64,000 nt of DNA from Laetmonice hystrix (GCA_965235115.1 OZ249450.1:13888001-13952000); one strand, 5' to 3'. Shown: positions 51,533 to 64,000, counted from the first letter of the stretch. Program-made: numbers and translations. The notes: a model not told the origin generated them from the sequence alone.

Positions 51533-54045
51533 TGGGGGGGGGTTATCTTGCGGATTTTCCGCCATTTTTAGTACAGGTGGCAGTGACAATAGACTTGCTG
51601 TCTGGAAAAAAAGGACCGCGGTATATTTTCAACAATCGTGTACATGTACATTGATACCTTGATGTCAACTGGGTGAGATTTTCTGAACTTTGCACGATAT
51701 AAATTCATTTCAAATAGTTATCGTTTTAGATCATTTCAAAAGAACAAAGTGAGCTATATACAGGCAGAGGAATGTCGCACCAATTGGTCGCATGATTATT
51801 TCGGGGGCGAGGGGAGGATGAAAATTGGAATATATATGGAGATATATATAGCGAGAGGGATGTAAGACAAAACGAACATGGTATAAGTTTATGACTGGCT
51901 ATGTCTTAATTTGAATAACCGGTTTTTTTGGGGTATATTATGTGTACATGGAAAACAGGAAAGTTGTGGGTTTTAGGTGAATAGGGCTGATCAAAATGGC
52001 TTACATATCTCCCTAACGTACCCCGTCACCTGCATAAGCAATAGATCAACCCTTTAATACCTAAGAAACGTAGTTAAATGCATAATTATGTCCATACATG
52101 CAGACATGTGGCTTAGAAAGACACATCTCGTCTGTACCTATACTCTCATTGTGCAGTGATAAAAAGTTGTTTTCCAGGACAATGAGCAAAACGTTGATCT
52201 CCCTGTACCTATGATTTTCACTCACTTGCCTCTCAGTTATGGAGCCTAGTCCCCCGCCCTCTGTTACTCGCTATCGCTCCTCTCCGACAACATTGTGCAC
52301 ATCAGTGTGTGCAACAATAGTATTATATGTATAGGCGAATTCTCAAGATTCAGTTTCAGTTAGAATGTATAGGACCTCGAAAAGAAGAGCCAAACGAATC
52401 ATGCGTGACAAACTGGTATAATTGAGAAACTTTGGTCCATGCAGCCTTGTTAAGATTCTTTACGTGGTGCGGTGGTGTCGAACAATAGAGTATTAGTAAT
52501 TGCCTTAGGTTCATTGCATCATACGGATGCGAGTACAACACGTGCGTCTTTTATTTGAAGGGTCACAAGTGATGAATGAACTATATGCAGCCATCTGATA
52601 GGAACACATGCATATGCATGAATTGTCAGTGTCCTTATTGTCACTTTAACCCATAACAACGCCCATTATTAATTTCTCCTCAGTAGGCCCACATTATTGC
52701 ATGGAAGCATTTCATCTTTACAGCCATTTACATCTTTGGATACCTCACCTATAGGTATAAGAATACGTGTGCAGGCGCGGATTTAGGTTTGCGCTAACGG
52801 GGGGTGTCATTACAAATACTTAAAAACCGGAGGAATAATACGTATCAGGGACACATACATGTATTGGCCACTATGTGCGATTTTGGGGACCCATGTCCCT
52901 TTAAAATTTGGCTTTGTTTGTGTCTCTGATCAATGTATAAGTCGGGCCATGTTTTGATCAAATTTGGTGCAAAGACCACAATACATTTGTATTGTAGACT
53001 ATAATGTTGAAGGTATTTCTAAAGACATCCAGAGAGGTCACTTAAATACTGAGGAATTTAAAGTTTAGGCATTGAGACCGTGTATTGGTATACACGGACT
53101 GGTGGGTCGGGCAGAGGGGGGGGGGGGGCTGATACCCCCCCCCCCCCACCCATGGCAACCATTTTTCTATTTTCTTTGTACAACTGAATTAACCCTGGTC
53201 AAGCCCCTGTCAGCAAGGTCTCTCTCTTCACGCCCCCAGCCCCTTTCCCAAATCCTTGGTCTGTCTAAGGGTAACACGTAAAAGGGGCAGTTGATTACTT
53301 TTGAAGGTGTCAAACCAGGTTCGTAAAAGGTTCATCCTTGGGACATGCATTGCACATACAATAAGGCCACATGCTACTGTCCTCATGAACCCTACAGAAT
53401 ATCAAGAGGTTCATCCTAGCTGTATTCATGCAGGAGCGTATAAATTATCATTGGTCAGTTTAAGGCGGATTCTGATACAGAATACATTTAACATGCCCCG
53501 TTTTGCTCTTCTCCTGCCCTTTGCGTACTTTATGGTTTCCGAGCGTCAGTCATAAATCACCCCTCATAAACAATACTAATTTAACGTTTAGAGATACTGC
53601 AATCTGAGAGTGTTTATAGTCACATAATTGTGAAGTACATGTTGGTCTATATCGTATTTTGTACAGTACGATGGTTTTAGAAGGAGATCGCATGACTTTA
53701 TTTTCCTGTATTATGTCGAATGATTTAGATAATAATTAACTCGAGTTATTATCTGGACCACGAAGAGACTCTTTTATGGCCCAAGTACGGGGAACCAATC
53801 AATAGAATCTTGGTTGTGCAGCAAGTGCGTCCATATCGCTCTCCGATGATGGACTGCATGGGGGGGGGGGGGGGGGGGGGGGAGTATCCACTGCGTCAAT
53901 GGGAGGACATCCTTCGGTCTACCCATTAATGCATATTACACATTGTTTAATTTTAACATAAGAGTCATTTCACTGGTTTTGTATGTGAAGAACCACACAG
54001 CTCCGAAATAATTTTCTTCACGTTTTTATTATTCAAAGATGATCT

Positions 54046-54125
54046 TTAGTATCCGCCATATCCACCATTGCCATATCCACCAAATCCTCCGCGACCATAG
54101 CTGCCGCCTTATCCTCCGTGTCACC
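54046..54125 (-). pseudogene. Truncated, diverged 3' fragment of the GGY-peptide gene
   Basis: Reads HGG*GGSYGRGGFGGYGNGGYGGY* (in-frame TAA). Keeps the downstream AATAAA. Fused at GTCAC directly to spacer sequence, so exon 1 and most of exon 2 are deleted. Confidence 0.8.
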
Positions 54126-54583
54126 ATAATTCTGAAGTACATGTCGGTCTACATAGTATATTTGTACAGCTATGTACACGATACTGTCGTGTTATAATAT
54201 TGATGGTGGCACTTATCATATTGCAGTGTTCCAATATGAGAACAAAAATTTTAATCAAGAAAAAAGAAATTGTGAAGTGGATGATCTTCCGATACCGAAA
54301 TCGCTCCAGAGAAGCACTAATAGCGAGTCTAAACTACCAAGCATGCACTCAATTGCATGCACTCAACTCAAACTTAACTCAACTATGGATATTTTAAGGC
54401 AGGCCTTATAGAGTTTTACTTTGCATTTGCACGTTGCCTATAATAAATAGCAGATTCTGATAGAACATTTTGATAGTGAGGGCGCAGTCATGATTGTTTA
54501 TCTAACATTTCAATAGTTTTATATGGAGGACCACACAGGTCTGAAATAATTTGTTTTACGTTTTTATTATTCAATGACGATCT

Positions 54584-55058
54584 TTAGTATCCACCATATC
54601 CGCCTTTGCCATAGCCTCCATATCCACCATGACCATATCCTCCGCGACCATAGCCGCCACCATATCCTCCGTGTCCATAGCCACCATATCCTCCAGTTCC
54701 GAGAGCAGTGCCAGGAACTCCATGCCAGTCAGCAGTGCCAGTTCCGCTGCCTACTTTCTTATCAGCAATGTTGTTCACCCACAACTGGCGCTTGGCATTG
54801 TGGGCCCACACGCGCTCCTCGTTCTTACTGAAATGATAAGGTTAAGTACAGCTGTTATGAATCGGAAATTGACATAAAATAAAATAAACGTAATGAATTC
54901 GCACTCATCTCATTGTTACGACGGATTGAATGAAAGCGATAAGCGTAGGTTGTGGCTGTATGGGTATGCCTGTTGACTTACACGGGACCTCTTGCATAGT
55001 AGCCTGGGTCGGCAACCACGACGTAGGCAAGAGCCAAGAGAAGAACCAAACGAAGCAT
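54584..55058 (-). CDS. Secreted Gly/Tyr-rich (GGY)n protein, copy 1 (106 aa)
   Basis: Exon 1 55058-54982 (MLRLVLLLALAYVVVADPGYYARGP, donor GTAAGT) joins exon 2 54827-54584 (acceptor CATTTCAG) in phase 2. TATATAA 62 nt upstream of the ATG; AATAAA 16 nt after the stop. Confidence 0.85.
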
Positions 55059-55119
55059 GTTGTATGTGTTCTGTGTCAGGGTCTGTCACAAACTGCTTCA
55101 CAATGTGGTGCGAGTTGGC

Positions 55120-55126
55120 TTATATA
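55120..55126 (-). promoter_or_regulatory. TATA box of copy 1 (present at the same offset in all six units)
   Basis: TATATAA on the minus strand, 62-68 nt upstream of the ATG. Confidence 0.7.
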
Positions 55127-56357
55127 TGCAGCTTGAATCAAACTCTTAGTATTCAGCAGCATTACACTGAACAGCAGTCCTCATTATACATGCTGTACAT
55201 GTAAGCTGCTAGGATGAACCATCCAGCAAGTTACACAGTAGGTTCCACATGATATAGGGAAGGGGTGTCAAATGGTGTAGACCAATTCTCTGACTTGGAG
55301 ATTCCTTTCATTGTATCATTTACATGAATGTTTAAGTTGTTGTCTGGGAGTGTGCACAGCAGTAATGTCAATTGTACCAGTATCCGCAAAGGCAATATCC
55401 CTAGGACTATACATGTATCTGATCACTCCAAGAGATATCCACAGATACAATATAACCAGACCAGTATTTCTGGGATTATGTGTTTCCTTCATAAATCACC
55501 CTTCGAAATGCTGATTGAACGTATTGAGATACTGCACTGTGGTTTTGAGGCTTTTGAGTCACATAATTCTGAAGTACATGTCGGTCTACATAGTATATTT
55601 GTATGTACACGAAACTGCCATGTTATAATATTGATGGTGGCACTTATCATATTGGAGTGTTCCAATATGAAAACAAAAATTTTAATCAAGAAAAAAGAAA
55701 TTCTAAACTGGATAATCATCTGAACCATTTTTTGTAGTAGTGGTTGTTAGTGGCAAGGTGAATTTATATTATACGGTAAGACAGTATTTAGGTTTATACG
55801 ACAGCCAGCCTCCTGATATTCACCCTCCCCCATCCCTAACCCCCTTAAACATGCACCTCCATAGGCATTTACTCCAAAGGACTTTGACACCGCCATCAGA
55901 GGATATCCCTCCTTGGATGTACATTCTTGTCAGGACATCCAACCCATCGGGCATTTCCCCGGTTGTATATGTTACACGCTGCGAGTAGATACCGAAATCG
56001 CTCCAGAGAAGTACTAATAGCGAGTCTAAACTACCAAGCATGCACTCAATGGTAACTCAACCATGGATATTATGAGACAGGCCTTAGAGAGTGTGACTCT
56101 GCACTTGACTTTGCCTAAAAGCCTAGTTACCAAGCATGCAGTCAACGGTAACTCAACTATGGATATTATAAGGCAGGCCTTATAGAGTTTTACTTTGCAT
56201 TTGCATGTTGCCGATAATAAATAGCAGATTCTGATAGAACATTTTGATAGTGAGGGCGCAGTCATGATTGTTTATCTAACAGATCAATAGTTTTATATGG
56301 AGGACCACACAGGTCTGAAATAATTTGTTTTACGTTTTTATTATTCAATGATGATCT

Positions 56358-56841
56358 TTAGTATCCACCATATCCGCCTTTGCCATAGCCTCCATATCCA
56401 CCACGACCATATCCTCCGCGACCATAGCCGCCATAGCCGCCACCATATCCTCCGTGTCCATAGCCACCATATCCTCCAGTTCCGAGAGCAGTGCCGGGAA
56501 CTCCATGCCAGTCAGCAGTGCCAGTTCCGCTGCCTACTTTCTTATCAGCAATGTTGTTCACCCACAACTGGCGCTTGGCATTGTGGGCCCACACGCGCTC
56601 CTCGTTCTTACTGAAATGATAAGGTTAAGTACAGCTGTTATGAATCGGAAATTGACATAAAATAAAATAAACGTAATGAATTCGTAGTCATCTCATTGTT
56701 ATGACGGATTGAATGAAAGCGATAAGCGTAGGTTGTGGCTGTATGAGTATGCCTGTTGACTTACACGGGACCTCTTGCATAGTAGCCTGGGTCGGCAACC
56801 ACGACGTAGGCAAGAGCCAAGAGAAGAACCAAACGAAGCAT
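56358..56841 (-). CDS. Secreted (GGY)n protein, copy 2 (109 aa)
   Basis: Exons 56841-56765 and 56610-56358; same splice sites as copy 1; one extra GGY unit. Confidence 0.85.
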
Positions 56842-58027
56842 GTTGTATGTGTTCTGTGTCAGGGTCTGTCACAAACTGATTCACAATGTGGTGCGAGTTG
56901 GCTTATATATGCAGCTTAAACCAACCTCTTAGTATTCAGCAGCATTACACTGAACAGCAGTCCTCATTATACATGCTGTACATGTAAGCTGCTAGGATGA
57001 ACCATCCAGCAAGTTACAAAGTAGGTTCCACATGATATAGGGAAGGGGTGTCAAATGGTGTAGACCAATTCTCTGACTTGAAGATTTCTTTCATTGTATC
57101 ATTTACATGAATGTTTAAGTTGTTGTCTGGGAGTGTGCACAGCAGTAATGTCCATTGTACCAGTATCCGCAAAGGTAATATCCCTAGGACTATACATGTA
57201 TCTGATCACTCCAAGAGATATCCACAGATACAATATAACCAGACCAGTATTTCTGGAATGATGTGTTTCCTTCATAAATCACCCTTCGTAATGGTAATTG
57301 AACGTATTGAGATACTGCGCTCTGGTTTTGAGGCTTTTGAGTCACATAATTCTGAAGTACATGTCGGTCTACATAGTATATTTGTATGTACACGAAACTG
57401 CCATGTTATAATATTGATGGTGGCACTTATCATATTGGAGTGTTCCAATATGAAAACAAAAATTTTAATCAAGAAAAAAGAAATTCTGAACTGGATAATC
57501 ATCTGAACCATTTTTTGTAGTAGTGGTTGTTAGTGGCAAGTTGAATTTATATTATACGGTAAGACAGTATTTAGGTTTATACGACAGCCAGCCTCCGGAT
57601 ATTCACCCTCCCCCATCCCTAACCCCCTTAAACATGCACCTCCATAGGCATTTACTCCAAAGGACTTTGACACCGCCATCAGAGGATATCCCTCCTTGGA
57701 TGTACATTCTTGTCAGGACATCCAACCCATCGGGCATTTCCCCGGTTGTATATGTTACACGCTGCCAGTAGATACCGAAATCGCTCCAGAGAAGTACTAA
57801 TAGCGAGTCTAAACTACCAAGCATGCACTCAATGGTAACTCAATAGGCCTTATAGAGTTTTACTTTGCATTTGCACGTTGCCTATAATAAATAGCAGATT
57901 CTGATAGAACATTTTGATAGTGAGGGCGCAGTCATGATTGTTTATCTAACATTTCAATAGTTTTATATGGAGGACCACACAGGTCTGAAATAATTTGTTT
58001 TACGTTTTTATTATTCAATGATGATCT

Positions 58028-58511
58028 TTAGTATCCACCATATCCGCCTTTGCCATAGCCTCCATATCCACCACGACCATATCCTCCGCGACCATAGCCG
58101 CCATAGCCGCCACCATATCCTCCGTGTCCATAGCCACCATATCCTCCAGTTCCGAGAGCAGTGCCGGGAACTCCATGCCAGTCAGCAGTGCCAGTTCCGC
58201 TGCCTACTTTCTTATCAGCAATGTTGTTCACCCACAACTGGCGCTTGGCATTGCGGGCCCACACGCGCTCCTCGTTCTTACTGAAATGATAAGGTTAAGT
58301 ACAGCTGTTATGAATCGGAAATTGACATAAAATAAAATAAACGTAATGAATTCGTAGTCATCTCATTGTTATGACGGATTGAATGAAAGCGATAAGCGTA
58401 GGTTGTGGCTGTATGAGTATGCCTGTTGACTTACACGGGACCTCTTGCATAGTAGCCTGGGTCGGCAACCACGACGTAGGCAAGAGCCAAGAGAAGAACC
58501 AAACGAAGCAT
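58028..58511 (-). CDS. Secreted (GGY)n protein, copy 3 (109 aa, WARN variant)
   Basis: Exons 58511-58435 and 58280-58028; H to R change in WAHN. Confidence 0.85.
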
Positions 58512-59808
58512 GTTGTATGTGTTCTGTGTCAGGGTCTGTCACAAACTGCTTCACAATGTGGTGCGAGTTGGCTTATATATGCAGCTTGAACCAACCTCTT
58601 AGTATTCAGCAGCATTACACTGAACAGCAGTCCTCATTATACATGCTGTACATGTAAGCTGCTAGGATGAACCATCCAGCAAGTTACAGTAGGTTCCACA
58701 TGATATAGGGAAGGGGTGTGAAATGGTGGAGACCCATTCTCTGACTTGAAGATTCCTTTCATTGTATCATTTACATGAATGTTTAAGTTGTTGTCTGGGA
58801 GTGTGCACAGCAGTAATGTCCTTTTTACCAGTATCCGCAAAGGCAATATCCCTAGGACTATACATGTATCTGATCACTCCAAGAGATATCCACAGATACA
58901 ATATAACCAGGCCAGTATTTCTGGGATTATGTGTTTCCTTCATAAATCACACTTCGTAATGCTGATTGAACGTATTGAGATACTGCACTCTGGTTTTGAG
59001 GCTTTTGAGTCACATAATTCTGAAGTACATGTCGGTCTACATAGTATATTTGTATGTACACGAAACTGCCATGTTATAATATTGATGGTGGCACTTATCA
59101 TATTGGAGTGTTCCAATATGAAAACAAAAATTTTAATCAAGAAAAAAGAAATTCTGAACTGGATAATCATCTGAACCATTTTTTGTAGTAGTGGTTGTTA
59201 GTGGCAAGGTGAATTTATATTATACGGTAAGGCAGTATTTAGGTTTATACGACAGCCAGCCTCCTGATATTCACCCTCCCCCATCCCTAACCCCCTTAAA
59301 CATGCACCTCCATAGGCATTTACTCCAAAGGACTTTGACACCGCCATCAGAGGATATCCCTCCTTGGATGTACATTCTTGTCAGGACATCCAACCCATCG
59401 GGCATTTCCCCGGTTGTATATGTTACACGCTGCGAGTAGATACCGAAATCGCTCCAGAGAAGTACTAATAGCGAGTCTAAACTACCAAGCATGCACTCAA
59501 TGGTAACTCAACCATGGATATTATGAGACAGGCCTTAGAGAGTGTGACTCTGCACTTGACTTTGCCTAAAAGCCTAGTTACCAAGTATGCACTCAACGGT
59601 CACTCAACTATGGATATTATAAGGCAGGCCTTATAGAGTTTTACTTTGCATTTGCACGTTGCCTATAATAAATAGCAGATTCTGATAGAACATTTTGATA
59701 GTGAGGGCGCAGTCATGATTGTTTATCTAACATTTCAATAGTTTTATATGGAGGACCACACAGGTCTGAAATAATTTGTTTTACGTTTTTATTATTCAAT
59801 GATGATCT

Positions 59809-60292
59809 TTAGTATCCACCATATCCGCCTTTGCCATAGCCTCCATATCCACCACGACCATATCCTCCGCGACCATAGCCGCCATAGCCGCCGCCATATC
59901 CTCCGTGTCCATAGCCACCATATCCTCCAGTTCCGAGAGCAGTGCCCGGAACTCCATGCCAGTCAGCAGTGCCAGTTCCGCTGCCTACTTTCTTATCAGC
60001 AATGTTGTTCACCCACAACTGGCGCTTGGCATTGTGGGCCCACACGCGCTCCTCGTTCTTACTGAAATGATAAGGTTAAGTACAGCTGTTATGAATCGGA
60101 AATTGACATAAAATAAAATAAACGTAATGAATTCGCACTCATCTCATTGTTACGACGGATTGAATGAAAGCGATAAGCGTAGGTTGTGGCTGTATGGGTA
60201 TGCCTGTTGACTTACACGGGACCTCTTGCATAGTAGCCTGGGTCGGCAACCACGACGTAGGCAAGAGCCAAGAGAAGAACCAAACGAAGCAT
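59809..60292 (-). CDS. Secreted (GGY)n protein, copy 4 (109 aa)
   Basis: Exons 60292-60216 and 60061-59809. Confidence 0.85.
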
Positions 60293-61478
60293 GTTGTATG
60301 TGTTCTGTGTCAGGGTCTGTCACAAACTGCTTCACAATGTGGTGCGAGTTGGCTTATATATGCAGCTTGAATCAACCTCTTAGTATTCAGCAGCATTACA
60401 CTGAACAGCAGTCCTCATTATACATGCTGTACATGTAAGCTGCTAGGATGAACCATCCAGCAAGTTACACAGTAGGTTCCACATGATATAGGGAAGGGGT
60501 GTCAAATGGTGTAGACCAATTCTCTGACTTGGAGATTCCTTTCATTGTATCATTTACATGAATGTTTAAGTTGTTGTCTGGGAGTGTGCACAGCAGTAAT
60601 GTCCATTGTACCAGTATCCGCAAAGGCAATATCCCTAGGACTATACATGTATCTGATCACTCCAAGAGATATCCACAGATACAATATAACCAGACCAGTA
60701 TTTCTGGGATTATGTATTTCCTTCATAAATCACCCTTCGAAATGCTGATTGAACGTATTGAGATACTGCACTGTGGTTTTGAGGCTTTTGAGTCACATAA
60801 TTCTGAAGTACATGTCGGTCTACATAGTATATTTGTATGTACACGAAACTGCCATGTTATAATATTGATGGTGGCACTTATCATATTGGAGTGTTCCAAT
60901 ATGAAAACAAAAATTTTAATCAAGAAAAAAGAAATTCTAAACTGGATAATCATCTGAACCATTTTTTGTAGTAGTGGTTGTTAGTGGCAAGGTGAATTTA
61001 TATTATACGGTAAGACAGTATTTAGGTTTATACGACAGCCAGCCTCCTGATATTCACCCTCCCCCATCCCTAACCCCCTTAAACATGCACCTCCATAGGC
61101 ATTTACTCCAAAGGACTTTGACACCGCCATCAGAGGATATCCCTCCTTGGATGTACATTCTTGTCAGGACATCCAACCCATCGGGCATTTCCCCGGTTGT
61201 ATATGTTACACGCTGCCAGTAGATACCGAAATCGCTCCAGAGAAGTACTAATAGCGAGTCTAAACTACCAAGCATGCACTCAATGGTAACTCAATAGGCC
61301 TTATAGAGTTTTACTTTGCATTTGCACGTTGCCTATAATAAATAGCAGATTCTGATAGAACATTTTGATAGTGAGGGCGCAGTCATGATTGTTTATCTAA
61401 CATTTCAATAGTTTTATATGGAGGACCACACAGGTCTGAAATAATTTGTTTTACGTTTTTATTATTCAATGATGATCT

Positions 61479-61962
61479 TTAGTATCCACCATATCCGCCT
61501 TTGCCATAGCCTCCATATCCACCACGACCATATCCTCCGCGACCATAGCCGCCATAGCCGCCACCATATCCTCCGTGTCCATAGCCACCATATCCTCCAG
61601 TTCCGAGAGCAGTGCCGGGAACTCCATGCCAGTCAGCAGTGCCAGTTCCGCTGCCTACTTTCTTATCAGCAATGTTGTTCACCCACAACTGGCGCTTGGC
61701 ATTGCGGGCCCACACGCGCTCCTCGTTCTTACTGAAATGATAAGGTTAAGTACAGCTGTTATGAATCGGAAATTGACATAAAATAAAATAAACGTAATGA
61801 ATTCGTAGTCATCTCATTGTTATGACGGATTGAATGAAAGCGATAAGCGTAGGTTGTGGCTGTATGAGTATGCCTGTTGACTTACACGGGACCTCTTGCA
61901 TAGTAGCCTGGGTCGGCAACCACGACGTAGGCAAGAGCCAAGAGAAGAACCAAACGAAGCAT
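61479..61962 (-). CDS. Secreted (GGY)n protein, copy 5 (109 aa, WARN variant)
   Basis: Exons 61962-61886 and 61731-61479. Confidence 0.85.
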
Positions 61963-63259
61963 GTTGTATGTGTTCTGTGTCAGGGTCTGTCACAAACTGA
62001 TTCACAATGTGGTGCGAGTTGGCTTATATATGCAGCTTGAACCAACCTCTTAGTATTCAGCAGCATTACACTGAACAGCAGTCCTCATTATACATGCTGT
62101 ACATGTAAGCTGCTAGGATGAACCATCCAGCAAGTTACAGTAGGTTCCACATGATATAGGGAAGGGGTGTGAAATGGTGTAGACCCATTCTCTGACTTGA
62201 AGATTCCTTTCATTGTATCATTTACATGAATGTTTAAGTTGTTGTCTGGGAGTGTGCACAGCAGTAATGTCCTTTTTACCAGTATCCGCAAAGGCAATAT
62301 CCCTAGGACTATACATGTATCTGATCACTCCAAGAGATATCCACAGATACAATATAACCAGGCCAGTATTTCTGGGATTATGTGTTTCCTTCATAAATCA
62401 CACTTCGTAATGCTGATTGAACGTATTGAGATACTGCACTCTGGTTTTGAGGCTTTTGAGTCACATAATTCTGAAGTACATGTCGGTCTACATAGTATAT
62501 TTGTATGTACACGAAACTGCCATGTTATAATATTGATGGTGGCACTTATCATATTGGAGTGTTCCAATATGAAAACAAAAATTTTAATCAAGAAAAAAGA
62601 AATTCTGAACTGGATAATCATCTGAACCATTTTTTGTAGTAGTGGTTGTTAGTGGCAAGGTGAATTTATATTATACGGTAAGGCAGTATTTAGGTTTATA
62701 CGACAGCCAGCCTCCTGATATTCACCCTCCCCCATCCCTAACCCCCTTAAACATGCACCTCCATAGGCATTTACTCCAAAGGACTTTGACACCGCCATCA
62801 GATCATATCCCTCCTTGGATGTACATTCTTGTCAGGACATCCAACCCATCGGGCATTTCCCCGGTTGTATATGTTACACGCTGCGAGTAGATACCGAAAT
62901 CGCTCCAGAGAAGTACTAATAGCGAGTCTAAACTACCAAGCATGCACTCAATGGTAACTCAACCATGGATATTATGAGACAGGCCTTAGAGAGTGTGACT
63001 CTGCACTTGACTTTGCCTAAAAGCCTAGTTACCAAGTATGCACTCAACGGTCACTCAACTATGGATATTATAAGGCAGGCCTTATAGAGTTTTACTTTGC
63101 ATTTGCACGTTGCCTATAATAAATAGCAGATTCTGATAGAACATTTTGATAGTGAGGGCGCAGTCATGATTGTTTATCTAACATTTCAATAGTTTTATAT
63201 GGAGGACCACACAGGTCTGAAATAATTTGTTTTACGTTTTTATTATTCAATGATGATCT

Positions 63260-63743
63260 TTAGTATCCACCATATCCGCCTTTGCCATAGCCTCCATATC
63301 CACCACGACCATATCCTCCGCGACCATAGCCGCCATAGCCGCCGCCATATCCTCCGTGTCCATAGCCACCATATCCTCCAGTTCCGAGAGCAGTGCCCGG
63401 AACTCCATGCCAGTCAGCAGTGCCAGTTCCGCTGCCTACTTTCTTATCAGCAATGTTGTTCACCCACAACTGGCGCTTGGCATTGTGGGCCCACACGCGC
63501 TCCTCGTTCTTACTGAAATGATAAGGTTAAGTACAGCTGTTATGAATCGGAAATTGACATAAAATAAAATAAACGTAATGAATTCGCACTCATCTCATTG
63601 TTACGACGGATTGAATGAAAGCGATAAGCGTAGGTTGTGGCTGTATGGGTATGCCTGTTGACTTACACGGGACCTCTTGCATAGTAGCCTGGGTCGGCAA
63701 CCACGACGTAGGCAAGAGCCAAGAGAAGAACCAAACGAAGCAT
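63260..63743 (-). CDS. Secreted (GGY)n protein, copy 6 (109 aa)
   Basis: Exons 63743-63667 and 63512-63260. Confidence 0.85.
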
Positions 63744-64000
63744 GTTGTATGTGTTCTGTGTCAGGGTCTGTCACAAACTGCTTCACAATGTGGTGCGAGT
63801 TGGCTTATATATGCAGCTTGAATCAACCTCTTAGTATTCAGCAGCATTACACTGAACAGCAGTCCTCATTATACATGCTGTACATGTAAGCTGCTAGGAT
63901 GAACCATCCAGCAAGTTACACAGTAGGTTCCACATGATATAGGGAAGGGGTGTCAAATGGTGTAGACCAATTCTCTGACTTGAAGATTTCTTTCATTGTA

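Larger units (their letters stand above)
54000..64000. repeat. Tandem gene array: ~1.67/1.78-kb units forming a 3451-bp higher-order dimer; open at the right edge
   Basis: Stop-to-stop spacings are 1774, 1670, 1781, 1670 and 1781 bp. Units differ only by scattered substitutions and a 111-bp spacer indel. Confidence 0.95.

Noticed and set aside
47600-53500. Search for tRNA, rRNA or further coding exons in the MFF-to-array interval
   Set aside because: I found no cloverleaf, rRNA-like or consistent exon chain by eye; a covariance-model scan would be needed to exclude small ncRNAs.
55311-62890. Recurring 131-, 79-, 82- and 73-aa ORFs in the array spacers
   Set aside because: They recur only because the unit is duplicated. 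They have no recognisable domain or gene signals, and are disrupted or absent in the diverged edge copy.
54574-63562. Plus-strand His/Ile-rich and Ser-rich ORFs overlapping each GGY gene
   Set aside because: Antisense shadows of GGA/GGC/TAT codons; the minus strand carries the signal peptide, splice sites, TATA and polyA.

Overview
Gene-dense eukaryotic genomic DNA with GT-AG introns, probably from a marine invertebrate (a lophotrochozoan is my guess; not verifiable here). Hand-spliced gene models, left to right: the 3' part of a multi-C-type-lectin transmembrane receptor (+); a non-muscle myosin regulatory light chain with an unusual 44-aa C-terminal tail (-); an uncharacterised coiled-coil gene (-, ends uncertain); LKAAEAR1 (-) head-to-head with EBAG9/RCAS1 (+); a quick-to-court-like GRIP-domain coiled-coil protein with a His-rich tract (+); and MFF (+). 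Introns and intergenic DNA carry many small DNA-transposon derivatives (Kolobok-, Harbinger-, hAT-, pogo- and MULE-like), an 80/83-bp minisatellite, a 71-bp palindrome-bearing repeat and clusters of CTCF-like motifs. The standout is the last 10 kb: a homogenised tandem array of at least six intact two-exon genes, each with its own TATA box and polyA signal. They encode a 106-109 aa secreted, cysteine-free protein (signal peptide, Trp-containing core with a KR-Gln site, (GGY)n tail). The ORF track misses the signal-peptide exon. The array is built as a 3451-bp dimer, has decayed copies at its left edge and runs off the window on the right.
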